DNA of 64,000 nucleotides from an uncultured Granulosicoccaceae bacterium (lineage in GTDB: Bacteria; Pseudomonadota; Gammaproteobacteria; CALCKW01): assembly GCA_937965695.1 (NCBI GenBank), contig CALCKW010000006.1, positions 37,717-101,716 on the forward strand, in the 5' to 3' direction. A program made the position numbers and the translations under genes. Of the stretch, positions 30,572 through 40,010 are shown piece after piece. Position 1 is the first letter of the stretch. Each line of letters begins with the position of its first letter. The notes under the pieces are model-generated. The model was not told the DNA's origin and searched no databases. It was given only the letters and a program-made list of their open reading frames with translations.

Positions 30572-31519
30572 ATGCGATTACCTCACGGTTTTGACTTGCG
30601 TGCACTAGAAGTTTTCTGTTGCGTAGCCCGCGAACGTAATATGACGGCTGCGGCCAAACAACTTGAGCTTTCCCAGTCGTCTGTTTCACAGACCATTTCG
30701 CAGTTAGAGTGCACACTGGGTGTGGCCTTGTTGGATCGCAGTGTGCGGCCACCTGCCTTAACTCACGCAGGGCAAAGTTTAAAAAAGAGCGCTGAAGCTT
30801 TGATAGAACACTCAATTGCGGCCTTGCGCGAGACACGTGAAAGCGCGGGTTTGGGGTTGCCTACATTGCGTATCGCCATGATAGATAGTTTTGCGGCTGT
30901 CGTTGGCCCAGCGTTAGTAAGCACTCTTCAAGATCAAGCAAAGCACTGGCGTGTCTGGTCTGGATTATCCCCCGGTCATCTGGATGCGCTATACGATCAC
31001 CAGGTTGATTTTATTGTCGGCGAACATACAGGCGATAGCCGACTGCAGCAGCATTCGATAATACGAGAACCTTTTCTGCTAGTCTTACCGTTAAACGACA
31101 AAGGCCCCCGCGACAACATTGCTCAAATCGCCCGACGCCTACCACTCGTTCGCTACTCGCTGCGCTCGCGGATCGGTCAGCAAGTAGAGAGTTACATAGA
31201 AGCAGCAGGTATCAATGCACCAATGGCCCTGGAATTTGATACTGCACCTGCGCAGCTCGCAATGATTGGTGAGGGCCTGGGTTGGGGTGTCACAACCCCG
31301 CTTTGTGCTCTACATGCAAGAGGCGAACTAGCAAAGTTACAACTGCTCCCTCTGCCTGGACCAGCGCTCAGTCGCGAAATATCGCTGCTCAGCCACTGCG
31401 GGCAGCTAGACGCTTTAGCGGAGCGAACAGCTCAGGTCGCTCGTGATGTTATTCACGAGGAGCTTCTGCCAGAGTTGCATACACGCTTTAAAGATCTAAA
31501 TTTAAACTTCTCAACCTAA
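30572..31519 (+). CDS. LysR-family transcriptional regulator
   Basis: 315 aa. HTH (LRALEVFCCVARERNMTAAAKQLELSQSSVSQTISQLE) with a LysR substrate domain. Divergent from the MttB-family gene. Confidence 0.75.
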   Translation: MRLPHGFDLRALEVFCCVARERNMTAAAKQLELSQSSVSQTISQLECTLGVALLDRSVRPPALTHAGQSLKKSAEALIEHSIAALRETRESAGLGLPTLRIAMIDSFAAVVGPALVSTLQDQAKHWRVWSGLSPGHLDALYDHQVDFIVGEHTGDSRLQQHSIIREPFLLVLPLNDKGPRDNIAQIARRLPLVRYSLRSRIGQQVESYIEAAGINAPMALEFDTAPAQLAMIGEGLGWGVTTPLCALHARGELAKLQLLPLPGPALSREISLLSHCGQLDALAERTAQVARDVIHEELLPELHTRFKDLNLNFST

Positions 31520-31548
31520 ATTTTAAACACAGGAAGACAACGGCAGCA

Positions 31549-32289
31549 ATGGACCCGTTCATCTTAAAAAAAATTATTTCGAACTTGGTTCAGTTTATCC
31601 CTGCCATTCCGATTTTGTTGCTGATGTGCAGTTTAGCCTTGCCACGCCTGCGTGGGTTTGTCGCTTCGATCGCGCTTTCGTTACTTCTGCTTAGCTCTCC
31701 CCCTATTAGTAATGCGTTTGTTAGTTCACTCGAGAATCAATACCCACCTCTGGCACAACCACCAGCCAGCGCTAGTGCTATTGCTGTTTTAGGCTACGGC
31801 CATATCGAACAACCAGATCGTGCGCCGAATAGCGTTTTAACCAGTGGTGCGTTATCAAGACTGTCAGAAGCCGTGCGCCTCTGGCATCTAGTGCCTGAGG
31901 CGAAATTCGTTGTCAGCGGCGGCCTCCTTTGGGGGAGAAGTACCTACACACATGCGGAAGCAATGTCTCGTGCGGCTCTACAACTAGGCGTGGCCGAGGA
32001 AAAAATTGTCAGGCTGCAAGACGGCAGAGACACCGCCGAGGAAGCTGAATTGATGAGAGAACTAGCACAACAAGGACGTCTGGTGTTAGTCACTTCTGCA
32101 ACTCATATGCCCCGCGCTATAGGTTTGTTTAGGAGCTTAGGCGTTCGACCAGTGGCCGCCCCAACAGACTATCTCGCCTCACCTGCCCCCTGGTGGCGAT
32201 TCAGTGCTTACTATTTACACAATGCAGATCGTGCTCTGCATGAATACGTGGGCATGCTGTGGAATAAGATTTCAAGAAAGAAAAATTAG
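31549..32289 (+). CDS. DUF218/YdcF-like (ElyC/SanA-family) protein
   Basis: 246 aa. N-terminal TM followed by a DUF218-type core (AIAVLGYGH…VVSGG…THAEAM…GVAEEKI). Confidence 0.55.
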   Translation: MDPFILKKIISNLVQFIPAIPILLLMCSLALPRLRGFVASIALSLLLLSSPPISNAFVSSLENQYPPLAQPPASASAIAVLGYGHIEQPDRAPNSVLTSGALSRLSEAVRLWHLVPEAKFVVSGGLLWGRSTYTHAEAMSRAALQLGVAEEKIVRLQDGRDTAEEAELMRELAQQGRLVLVTSATHMPRAIGLFRSLGVRPVAAPTDYLASPAPWWRFSAYYLHNADRALHEYVGMLWNKISRKKN

Positions 32290-32357
32290 GTCTAAGGATT
32301 CAAGCCCTAATGACCAAGGAGCGTTCAGTCTGTCATTAAATGGGCTCATTTTTTAGA

Positions 32358-33677
32358 CTAAATATCTTCGCCGACCCCAGCAAAACGCTGTCGCAACGAC
32401 CAGGCGGCACCGAGGTCTAAAAGAGGCCGCGGCGGCAGCCATTTAGCTTCAGCAAAGCCAGAGGCATCTTTAATGAGTTGGTCATCGCCTCCTAACATCA
32501 GTCTGGCCAGTGCTGTTCCAAGTGCAGTGCCGCGACTTAAGCCCGACCCATTATAGCCTGCCGCTGCAAAAACATTTGGCGCGTATTGACCAAAAAAGCT
32601 GGTCATATTGCGGCTAACGCCTTCGCAACCACTCCAACTATGTTCTATCGGTACTGACTCCAATTGCGGAAATCGTTTTAGCATACGTTCTCGGTGTTTT
32701 GGCACTTGTTGCTGCAACTGTTTTGGCGTTAGCAATTGACCGCCATTGTAAGACACACAGTTGCGTAACATTAACCGTCTATCTTTACTCAGACGAACAG
32801 TTGCTCCACCGCCGTGTAAGCCCAACACTCCCCAGCTTGGGCACGTCCCCATACTTGCCATTTCTTCGTCAGTGAGTGGTCGTGTAAAACTGCCCGACAA
32901 CGTTGTCGCAACGATTCGATTGCGCAAAAAGCCAAGCCCAGGCATCTCGTAATTACAAGCCAAGACTAATTGCTGTGTTTGCACCGTGTGGCCAGTAGAC
33001 AGCATGAGATCTATTCCTAGAGCACCTTGCTGAATCTGCTCAACGGGCGTGTTCTCAAAAAACCGGACGTTTTCCGGTAATCGATCCACCAAACGGTAAA
33101 GCAGGTCTGCAGGCTGTACGAGCGCCCCAAGTGGCACGTGCACACCACAATCGTAATGAGATGTGCCCAGCTCTCGCTCTATGTCACTTCTATTAAGTGC
33201 CCTGTACGGCAACCGAAAATTGCGCAGGCTGTTTATAAAGTGCTCGGATTCACGCGCTGATGGTGTGTCCGCCGCGAGATAATGATAACCACTTTCCTGC
33301 CACCAATCGCTATTGGATTCCGGTGAAGCTGCCGCACGCAACAGCGCAAGGCCTTCGTGATTTAGACGATTAATTCGTTTGCATTCGGCAACACGCTCTT
33401 CTGTGACAGGCCCACCAAATTGTGAAACACCAACTGCAAAGCCAGCGTTTCGTCCAGACGCACCCGCAGACAAGGTTCTGGCATCGAGCAACAGCACTTC
33501 ATCATCTGGACACATCGCGGCCAATTCGCGCGCTGCAGACAAACCTGTAAAACCAGCGCCAACCACAACAAATTTCACCGATTTATTCTCTCGCAATGCA
33601 GGTCGCGAACGTCGAGGTTGTGTTAGGTAGCGCCAGCCCGTGAGGTCATCGGAAAAAGTTTTAGTGGTGTGAGCCAT
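32358..33677 (-). CDS. FAD-dependent oxidoreductase (DAO family; PuuB/OrdL-like)
   Basis: 439 aa. Rossmann dinucleotide motif KFVVVGAGFTGLSAARELA near the N-terminus. Confidence 0.7.
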   Translation of the reverse strand: MAHTTKTFSDDLTGWRYLTQPRRSRPALRENKSVKFVVVGAGFTGLSAARELAAMCPDDEVLLLDARTLSAGASGRNAGFAVGVSQFGGPVTEERVAECKRINRLNHEGLALLRAAASPESNSDWWQESGYHYLAADTPSARESEHFINSLRNFRLPYRALNRSDIERELGTSHYDCGVHVPLGALVQPADLLYRLVDRLPENVRFFENTPVEQIQQGALGIDLMLSTGHTVQTQQLVLACNYEMPGLGFLRNRIVATTLSGSFTRPLTDEEMASMGTCPSWGVLGLHGGGATVRLSKDRRLMLRNCVSYNGGQLLTPKQLQQQVPKHRERMLKRFPQLESVPIEHSWSGCEGVSRNMTSFFGQYAPNVFAAAGYNGSGLSRGTALGTALARLMLGGDDQLIKDASGFAEAKWLPPRPLLDLGAAWSLRQRFAGVGEDI

Positions 33678-33772
33678 AGGGCGGCAAGGCCTTTAGAAAT
33701 AATCGTTCTGCAGAGCTTAAACTGATTAGCAAACTGGCGCAGCAATCTTAAAAAAACAAATGAAGTACATCG

Positions 33773-33780
33773 GGGGGGGA
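33773..33780. repeat. Homopolymeric G8 tract (C8 on the minus strand) in the intergenic or promoter region
   Basis: tcGGGGGGGGaaatcg read directly. Lies between the stop of the zinc-ribbon gene (33808) and the start of the FAD oxidoreductase (33677). Confidence 0.6.
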
Positions 33781-33807
33781 AATCGAAAGCTCTACCAAAT
33801 GTCTCCG

Positions 33808-35004
33808 TCAATAACCGTAGGTGGCAGGCCTACTCGAGCCCTGCAGGTTGCCCTCGCTAGCAATCACTAAAAAACCACCAGCAGCGGTTAGCGATGCGAC
33901 GACGACCAATGCAATTTTTATCTTGCTGTAGGGTCTCTCGCCAAGAACTTTGGCTGTGCGGCCGTTTATAACAAATCGATAATGCTTGCCGCTGAATCTG
34001 AAAGCGGCTGTCCACAGCGGCAGCAATATATGCTTGAAGGTAGTACCGCTGTGGCGCGTATTCACACTGTGAACTCGCTGATAATCGCCACCGATATCCG
34101 CCCGTACATCCGCTTTAATCTTGGCACTCATCACTCGCCTAGCCCGATCAAAACCCTCATCGAGTGGCACTTGATAAACTTCACTGCGCAAGCCACTAAG
34201 GTAGGATTCATCGTAGGGGACCAGCGCTTGTAAATCCCATGGATGCAAGCGATCCGTGATTTGTCGAGGCAGCGTATCGGACGCGCCAATAAGCACGTCG
34301 TCAAAGTGCCGGCCAACTCTGCCGGTCACACGATGCCAACGCACCTTGGGCACTTGTTGTCGGCGCCGAACCCGCCGTCCGTTCTGCACCACTGTCACCC
34401 ATTCACTGACAAAGTAAGTTTCACCACGCTCACCACGATACTGGCTGCTCGTATCGCTGTCATAAGTCCAATAGGGCAAATACACGCCGTTGAGCGATTG
34501 ATCGGCCCGCGCATAACGCTTGAGCTTACTGGGAGCAAACCACAAACTTTTCAACCATTTGCGGTAGGCTTCGCTGGCTTGTTTTTCAGTCACAGCAAAG
34601 GGCAACAACGACTCTGCCCTAAACCTCACCGATTCACCGTCAGTCAAGACTACAGGTGCACTGCAAAAGGGGCATTCTCCCGAGCGTTGTTCCGCGTCGT
34701 AACTGAAATGGGCACCGCAGCTATCACAGCCAATATGCGGTACCTCATTGGTCTGATCAGGCGCGCGCTCTAAAGCAGCCAATGCCTCTCGCAAACTGTG
34801 TTCGCTAATGGTTTGCGTTGATTTTTCAATGGCCTGCTGGTGGTTGCAATAGTCGCAGACCAGCGACTCTTGCCCCACGGCATAACGCAACACAGCACCG
34901 CACTGCTCGCACGGAAAACGTTGCTCTTGCCGTTCATTAATTACGTTTTTTTTGTTCGCCAGATTTTTCTTGGCCGTATCAAAAATACCCAAGGCTTTAG
35001 CCAC
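33808..35004 (-). CDS. Multi-zinc-ribbon membrane-anchored protein (B. subtilis YdjG-like), last gene of the TelA/SPFH stress operon
   Basis: 398 aa. Two N-terminal CxxC…CxxC ribbons (CEQCGAVLRY…CDYCNHQ and CDSCGAHFSY…CPFCSAP). Single C-terminal TM helix (IALVVVASLTAAGGFLVIA). Confidence 0.5.
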   Translation of the reverse strand: MAKALGIFDTAKKNLANKKNVINERQEQRFPCEQCGAVLRYAVGQESLVCDYCNHQQAIEKSTQTISEHSLREALAALERAPDQTNEVPHIGCDSCGAHFSYDAEQRSGECPFCSAPVVLTDGESVRFRAESLLPFAVTEKQASEAYRKWLKSLWFAPSKLKRYARADQSLNGVYLPYWTYDSDTSSQYRGERGETYFVSEWVTVVQNGRRVRRRQQVPKVRWHRVTGRVGRHFDDVLIGASDTLPRQITDRLHPWDLQALVPYDESYLSGLRSEVYQVPLDEGFDRARRVMSAKIKADVRADIGGDYQRVHSVNTRHSGTTFKHILLPLWTAAFRFSGKHYRFVINGRTAKVLGERPYSKIKIALVVVASLTAAGGFLVIASEGNLQGSSRPATYGY

Positions 35005-35069
35005 CCGACAAGTTTGCAGTGTTCAATTTCAGTCCAGAGTGCTTACCTTCAAATGATGAAACACCCCGA

Positions 35070-36170
35070 TCAAGCAGACGGTATCGGTGGTGGCTGTTGG
35101 TCATCAAACAAATCGGCTACCACAGGGGCCTCGTCCGCTCGCATCCATTCGCCCAGAGACTTGTACCACACAAGTGTGTCGGCGGAGAGTTCACCCGCCT
35201 CAACTTGTTGGGTGATTTGAGGCAAAGTAAACGGCCCCGTCGCTGTCCCGTCACGAGCAACATGTACACGCACTACTGGCAACAAGGGCGGAGGAACATC
35301 ACCCTGGCCAAGCACACCAGGGCGCATCATTTGAGTCGCAGCGGCCATACCAACCGCCATGCCCATACCATCACTTGCACCGCCGCTCGGGTTTTCCGCA
35401 GCGGACTGCATAGCGGAGCCAGTTTGCACTTTGATGTACCTATCAAGGTCACCAATAATTCCCATGCTGGTGCGTTTATCCAGTGCCGCTTCTACATCAG
35501 AAGGTAACGAGATATTCTCAACCAAAAGCTTGGTGATTTCGAGCCCGTACTCAGAAAACTCAGGCGCTATTTGAGCGGTGATGAAATCACTGAGCTTTTC
35601 GTAGTTAGCAGCCAAGTCGAGCACGGGAATCTGCGCCTCCGCAACAACGGCGGCAAAACGTGCTGCGATCAGATTACGCAGCTGCTCGCTGATTTCATCA
35701 ACAGAAAACAAACCGTCAGTGCCGACAATTTCACGCAAAAACCGTTCGCCATTATTGATACGCATCACGTAACTGCCAAAGGCGCGCAAGCGCACCATGG
35801 CAAACTCCGAATCACGAATCATCAGAGGATTTCGCGTACCCCATTTTAAATCAGTAAAACGCCTTGTGCTGCAAAAATAAACCTCTGCTTTGAACGGGCT
35901 GTTAAACGCGTGAGGCCACGCTTGTAGAGACGACAACAGAGGTAAATTATTTGTTTCCAGTTCGTACATTCCAGGCTCTAGCACATCGGCTACCTGCCCT
36001 TCGTTGACAAATACAGCCACTTGCCCTTCGCGTACAGTCAGTTTTGCACCGTATTTTATCGAGTTTCCCTGGCGCGGAAATCTATACACTAGCGTGTCGG
36101 AGCTATCATCGGTCCATTCAATGACGTCGACAAATTCGCCAAAGAGCCGATCAAAAAGTCCCATGATCAA
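35070..36170 (-). CDS. SPFH-domain protein with C-terminal GYF-like DUF4339 domain (YdjI/virion-core-protein-like band-7 family)
   Basis: 366 aa. The N-terminal 250 aa match the YdjI-type SPFH fold (…KLTVREGQVAVFVNEGQ…). C-terminus is LPQITQQVEAGELSADTLVWYKSLGEWMRADEAP, the DUF4339 pattern. 4-bp overlap with the upstream TelA-like gene. Confidence 0.65.
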   Translation of the reverse strand: MIMGLFDRLFGEFVDVIEWTDDSSDTLVYRFPRQGNSIKYGAKLTVREGQVAVFVNEGQVADVLEPGMYELETNNLPLLSSLQAWPHAFNSPFKAEVYFCSTRRFTDLKWGTRNPLMIRDSEFAMVRLRAFGSYVMRINNGERFLREIVGTDGLFSVDEISEQLRNLIAARFAAVVAEAQIPVLDLAANYEKLSDFITAQIAPEFSEYGLEITKLLVENISLPSDVEAALDKRTSMGIIGDLDRYIKVQTGSAMQSAAENPSGGASDGMGMAVGMAAATQMMRPGVLGQGDVPPPLLPVVRVHVARDGTATGPFTLPQITQQVEAGELSADTLVWYKSLGEWMRADEAPVVADLFDDQQPPPIPSA

Positions 36171-37342
36171 GCGCTCGTTGAGGGCGCTGCGGCCGCTTCA
36201 GTGCCGTGCGCGCTAGCCGCTTTCAAGGACTCACGCAATTCTCCTTCTAAACGATGCAACTCTGTCTCTGCTTCGGCGCGGCGTCGTTTACCCTCGTCAG
36301 CGATGACAAGACTCTCTTCGATACTGGCCACTAAATTTGCGTGCGCTTTTTTAACAGATTCCATGTCAAATACACCGCGTTCCATCTCTTCACGCACCTG
36401 ACGGTTAGCCGTGCGCAGGTTCTCAGAATTTTTTTCCAACAACTCATTGGTTAAATCGGTCGCGGCTTTAACATCGGTGGCCACTTTCTGAGAGCGATAA
36501 ATACTAACCGCCTGTGCCAACTGGTTACGCCACAAGGGCACCGTATTGACAAGCGTTGTATTAATTTTTGTGATGAGGCCTTTGTCGTTCTCTTGAACCA
36601 TCCGAATACTGGGCAATGCCTGCATCGCAACTTGGCGCGTCAAACGTAAATCATGCACTCGTCGCTCCAGGTCATCACGACGTGCGCGCATATCGCGTAA
36701 GGCCTGAGCTTTGAGCATGTCTTCACCTTCGGCCTCCGCAACAAGCGCAGGAATCAGTGTCTTATCACACTCTTCAAGCTTGGATTCACCCGCGGCGATG
36801 TATAACTCGAGATTATTGAAGTAATCCAGATTGGCGTCATAGAGTTTATCTAAGGAGACGATATCGCGTAGCAGCGTTGTCTTGTGGGACTCAAGCTTAT
36901 CAGTCACTGCGTCAATCTGTGGGCGCACTTCCTCGTATTGTTGAATAAACTGTGCAACAGGCGCAGCCCTTCCCGTAATCCAATTGATAAGACGCGCCAA
37001 AAGACCTGGTTTTTCATTTGGATCAAGGCCTGCCACGTCAAAACCACGAAGTACGCCAACCATTTCGTTGAGGGAATCTCCCGCTGTGCCTAGTTCTTTG
37101 TTTTTTACACCTTCGAGCATACTGTCGGATATTGTTGTCAGCTGCTCTTGAGCTTTGCTGCCAAAAAACAAAATATCATTGCTGTCGTTCATGTTGAGCT
37201 GCGTCTGAAGCTCTTCAATTTTAACCCGCTGTTCTTCGCTGGCAGTCGCTAAGGTGACGGGTTCATCGGCCAATACCATCAAGGTGTGACCGACAATTGA
37301 CTGTTCACTTTGCAGTGTAGTTTCGCTCATTGTTTTCTCCAT
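36167..37342 (-). CDS. TelA-like toxic-anion-resistance protein (TelA/KlaA/YaaN family)
   Basis: 391 aa. Helical protein of TelA length, with conserved family-like segments (…GFDVAGLDPNEKPGLLARL…LYIAAGESKLEE…). Confidence 0.7.
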   Translation of the reverse strand: MEKTMSETTLQSEQSIVGHTLMVLADEPVTLATASEEQRVKIEELQTQLNMNDSNDILFFGSKAQEQLTTISDSMLEGVKNKELGTAGDSLNEMVGVLRGFDVAGLDPNEKPGLLARLINWITGRAAPVAQFIQQYEEVRPQIDAVTDKLESHKTTLLRDIVSLDKLYDANLDYFNNLELYIAAGESKLEECDKTLIPALVAEAEGEDMLKAQALRDMRARRDDLERRVHDLRLTRQVAMQALPSIRMVQENDKGLITKINTTLVNTVPLWRNQLAQAVSIYRSQKVATDVKAATDLTNELLEKNSENLRTANRQVREEMERGVFDMESVKKAHANLVASIEESLVIADEGKRRRAEAETELHRLEGELRESLKAASAHGTEAAAAPSTSA

Positions 37343-37392
37343 TGACTTTTGTCACAGAGCGCATCTCTGTGACTTGGGCATGTCGCTTGATT

Positions 37393-38238
37393 TTAAGCCA
37401 CGCCTTCTCTTTCAAGCTGCATTTGCAGCACTTCAATTTTCACGTCCAGGTCGTCGTGGTTATGTTCCATCAATTTAATCCGCTGCTCTTCAACAACAGT
37501 CTCAATGGTATCGAGCACACGGCGGAAGTTATCTTCGAGCGCCGCGTCATCACCGAGACGGTGCGTGCGAGCGTATCCAGCGACCACTTGCTGGGCACCG
37601 TCTAAATACACCTTTAAAAACTTTCGCGCACGCCGTAAATCAGAAGGCTGATCTTCGATGATATCGAGCAATTCGCGCACGGCAGCGACAATGCGACGCA
37701 ATCGCTGACGTAGTTCGGGTTGTTTAATCTGACGAGCGGATGTTTCAATCGCATCAATACGAGACTCAGCCTCTTCAAGCACATCCAACACTTCTTCTGC
37801 CGTCACACCTACTGCAGATATATCAGGAGAATTTCGTGCCGGATCAAAGCCGTAGCGTAAGTAGTACCCCAAAAAAGTGAAGCCACCATAAATGACCGAG
37901 GTAATGAGCCCATTGCGAGTACCCGCCCAGGCGGCGAGTGTCACGCCAGCACCCAAAACTAGCGCGGCCATTGCCTTGTAAGGCACTGTACTACTGCGTC
38001 TGACTAGTTTGCGACGCAGTGCTTGAGATTCGATCAGCATGCCACGCCGAGAAAGATTGGCGGCTAAAATACAGATGGCGAACGCCACGCCTAACAGAAG
38101 CGCCAACATCCAATGACCGCCGGATAATCGCAATAAAGCAGCCAGCAACAGAGGTAGAGGTAAAAAGTAAAGCAAAAGACCACGGCTATTGGGGTGACCA
38201 CCACGCGCTTTACCGCCATAACGCTTGGCGAGGCTCAT
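37393..38238 (-). CDS. XpaC-like (5-bromo-4-chloroindolyl phosphate hydrolysis protein family) membrane protein
   Basis: 281 aa. N-terminal hydrophobic TM helices followed by a C-terminal charged helical domain. Positioned directly upstream of the TelA-like gene, as xpaC/yaaN are in Bacillus. Confidence 0.5.
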   Translation of the reverse strand: MSLAKRYGGKARGGHPNSRGLLLYFLPLPLLLAALLRLSGGHWMLALLLGVAFAICILAANLSRRGMLIESQALRRKLVRRSSTVPYKAMAALVLGAGVTLAAWAGTRNGLITSVIYGGFTFLGYYLRYGFDPARNSPDISAVGVTAEEVLDVLEEAESRIDAIETSARQIKQPELRQRLRRIVAAVRELLDIIEDQPSDLRRARKFLKVYLDGAQQVVAGYARTHRLGDDAALEDNFRRVLDTIETVVEEQRIKLMEHNHDDLDVKIEVLQMQLEREGVA

Positions 38239-38434
38239 CCGATTGCCCCTGGCAGGGTTAACAGTGCTTGACAGGAAACACTACCGACTGTGAATAGCAG
38301 TAAAATTAACCCGATGAACGATTTAAGAGTCTTGGGCATTGCATTCTTTCCAGATCAAACTTTAATGAAGATAAGGGTGAATAAATCACATTCCAAGTAT
38401 CACATACATTACTGCTGAGACGGGATTGCAAAAA

Positions 38435-39238
38435 CTATCGCTTGGGTAGCAGCCGTTCCAAAACGTATAAACCGCACGCTGGCAGCACGATCGCAGGCCC
38501 TGGAGGCCAATCTAACAGAACGGCCAAGACGATCCCTATCAAACACAGCAGCATGGAAATACAAACCGATCGGCCCACCATGCCAGCAAGCGAGTTCGAT
38601 CGTGCCTCAACCAAAAGCGGAGGGATGGTCATCAGGGCTATCACCAATAACAAGCCGACAACCCGCACCGCCAAAACCACCGTCAAGGCTATTAACACAT
38701 AGAGCACGGGGTAGAAAACATCGGTGGCAACTCCGCGCGCGCGCGCGTATTCCTCCTCGAATGCTACCGCTACCAACAAGGGGTAGAACCCATAAAATAA
38801 CACGCTGACCAAAAGGGCCAAAGCGGCTAGCCAGAGCAAATCATTGGGCTGAATGAGCAACATCGAGCCAAAGAGCCAGACACCTAAATCACCTTGATAT
38901 CCGGGGCTGTACTGCATCAGAACTACACCGAGTGACATACCACCCGCCCATATAACACCTACAACGGCCTCAGTTCGATGCCGTGATCGCCTAGTGGCCC
39001 AACCCATAAGAAGCGCCATCGCAATACTGTAAGCAGCAGTTGTCGGTAGAACAGGTAATGCAAAATAACGCGCTAACCCGACTCCGCCATAGGCAGCATG
39101 GGCGATGCCTCCGGCCACGAAACTTATGCGCTTTACAACCACTAGCGTGCCAATTAATCCGCACAGATAACCCACCAACAAGGCTGCCACAAGCGCCTGT
39201 TGCATGAAGGGTTCAAAGATTAAATCAGTGATCCACAT
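38435..39238 (-). CDS. znuB: Zinc/manganese ABC transporter permease
   Basis: 267 aa, 8-TM ABC-3 family permease. Overlaps the upstream ATPase gene. Confidence 0.8.
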   Translation of the reverse strand: MWITDLIFEPFMQQALVAALLVGYLCGLIGTLVVVKRISFVAGGIAHAAYGGVGLARYFALPVLPTTAAYSIAMALLMGWATRRSRHRTEAVVGVIWAGGMSLGVVLMQYSPGYQGDLGVWLFGSMLLIQPNDLLWLAALALLVSVLFYGFYPLLVAVAFEEEYARARGVATDVFYPVLYVLIALTVVLAVRVVGLLLVIALMTIPPLLVEARSNSLAGMVGRSVCISMLLCLIGIVLAVLLDWPPGPAIVLPACGLYVLERLLPKR

Positions 39239-40010
39239 GGTGCTGATGCTCGATCACTAGATTCGACAAATCACTCAAGTAACAACCCATCGGGCAGGCG
39301 TCGGTATGAACACCATAGATCAAAGCAAGCATCTCTCGGCTTAACTGCGAATCCGCGTTGTAGATGAGACGACTATTGACGCATGCCACACTGTCGACCA
39401 TTGGTGCCGTGACACTGAAGTCGTGGCTGACCATCACCATGGTCATGCGCTTGTGCAAGCGCTCAAGCAACTCATGAAAACAATAGGTACCATCAGGGTC
39501 AATATTGGCGGTTGGCTCGTCGAAAAGTAATATCTCGGGTTCACCAATCAACGCGCGTGCAATGTAAACCCGCTGTCGCTGTCCACCAGACAGTGCTTGG
39601 AAAGATCGCTCAGCTAAATCAGCGATGCCTACTTCTTCCAATACACCAAGAATTCGATCAGCTTGACGCTCACGCACAGAGAATCCGCGGCTTCGTGCGA
39701 CGGGCAAGCCCATGGCCACCACTTCACTCACTCGAATAGGAAAACCAGGCTGATTGAGAATCTGTTGAGGCACGTAGCCTACTCGGGTTCGCGCTTTGCT
39801 GGGCTTTTTACCCAACATACGTACGTCACCCGCGTCTGCATCGATCAGACCGAGCATAACCTTTAGCAATGTCGACTTGCCACCGCCGTTAGGGCCGATC
39901 ACAGCCGTGAATTCGCCCGGTGCCAAGCTCAGACTCACCTTGTCGAGCAGAGCACGTCCATCTCGCATCACACTGACATTGTTTAACTCTATAGCAGGGG
40001 ATTGGATCAT
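39225..40010 (-). CDS. znuC: Zinc ABC transporter ATP-binding protein
   Basis: Walker A (GPNGGGKSTLLK), signature LSGGQRQRV, and Walker B (ILLFDEPT). Confidence 0.8.
   Translation of the reverse strand: MIQSPAIELNNVSVMRDGRALLDKVSLSLAPGEFTAVIGPNGGGKSTLLKVMLGLIDADAGDVRMLGKKPSKARTRVGYVPQQILNQPGFPIRVSEVVAMGLPVARSRGFSVRERQADRILGVLEEVGIADLAERSFQALSGGQRQRVYIARALIGEPEILLFDEPTANIDPDGTYCFHELLERLHKRMTMVMVSHDFSVTAPMVDSVACVNSRLIYNADSQLSREMLALIYGVHTDACPMGCYLSDLSNLVIEHQHHVDH

Noticed and set aside
32338-32356. AAATG-ggct-CATTT hairpin plus T-run after the DUF218 gene as a terminator
   Set aside because: The stem is only 5 bp and AT-rich, too weak to call confidently.
38741-38751. (GC)5 alternating repeat
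   Set aside because: Lies inside the znuB coding sequence (encodes …ARARGV…). A simple coding coincidence, not a regulatory Z-DNA or SSR element.
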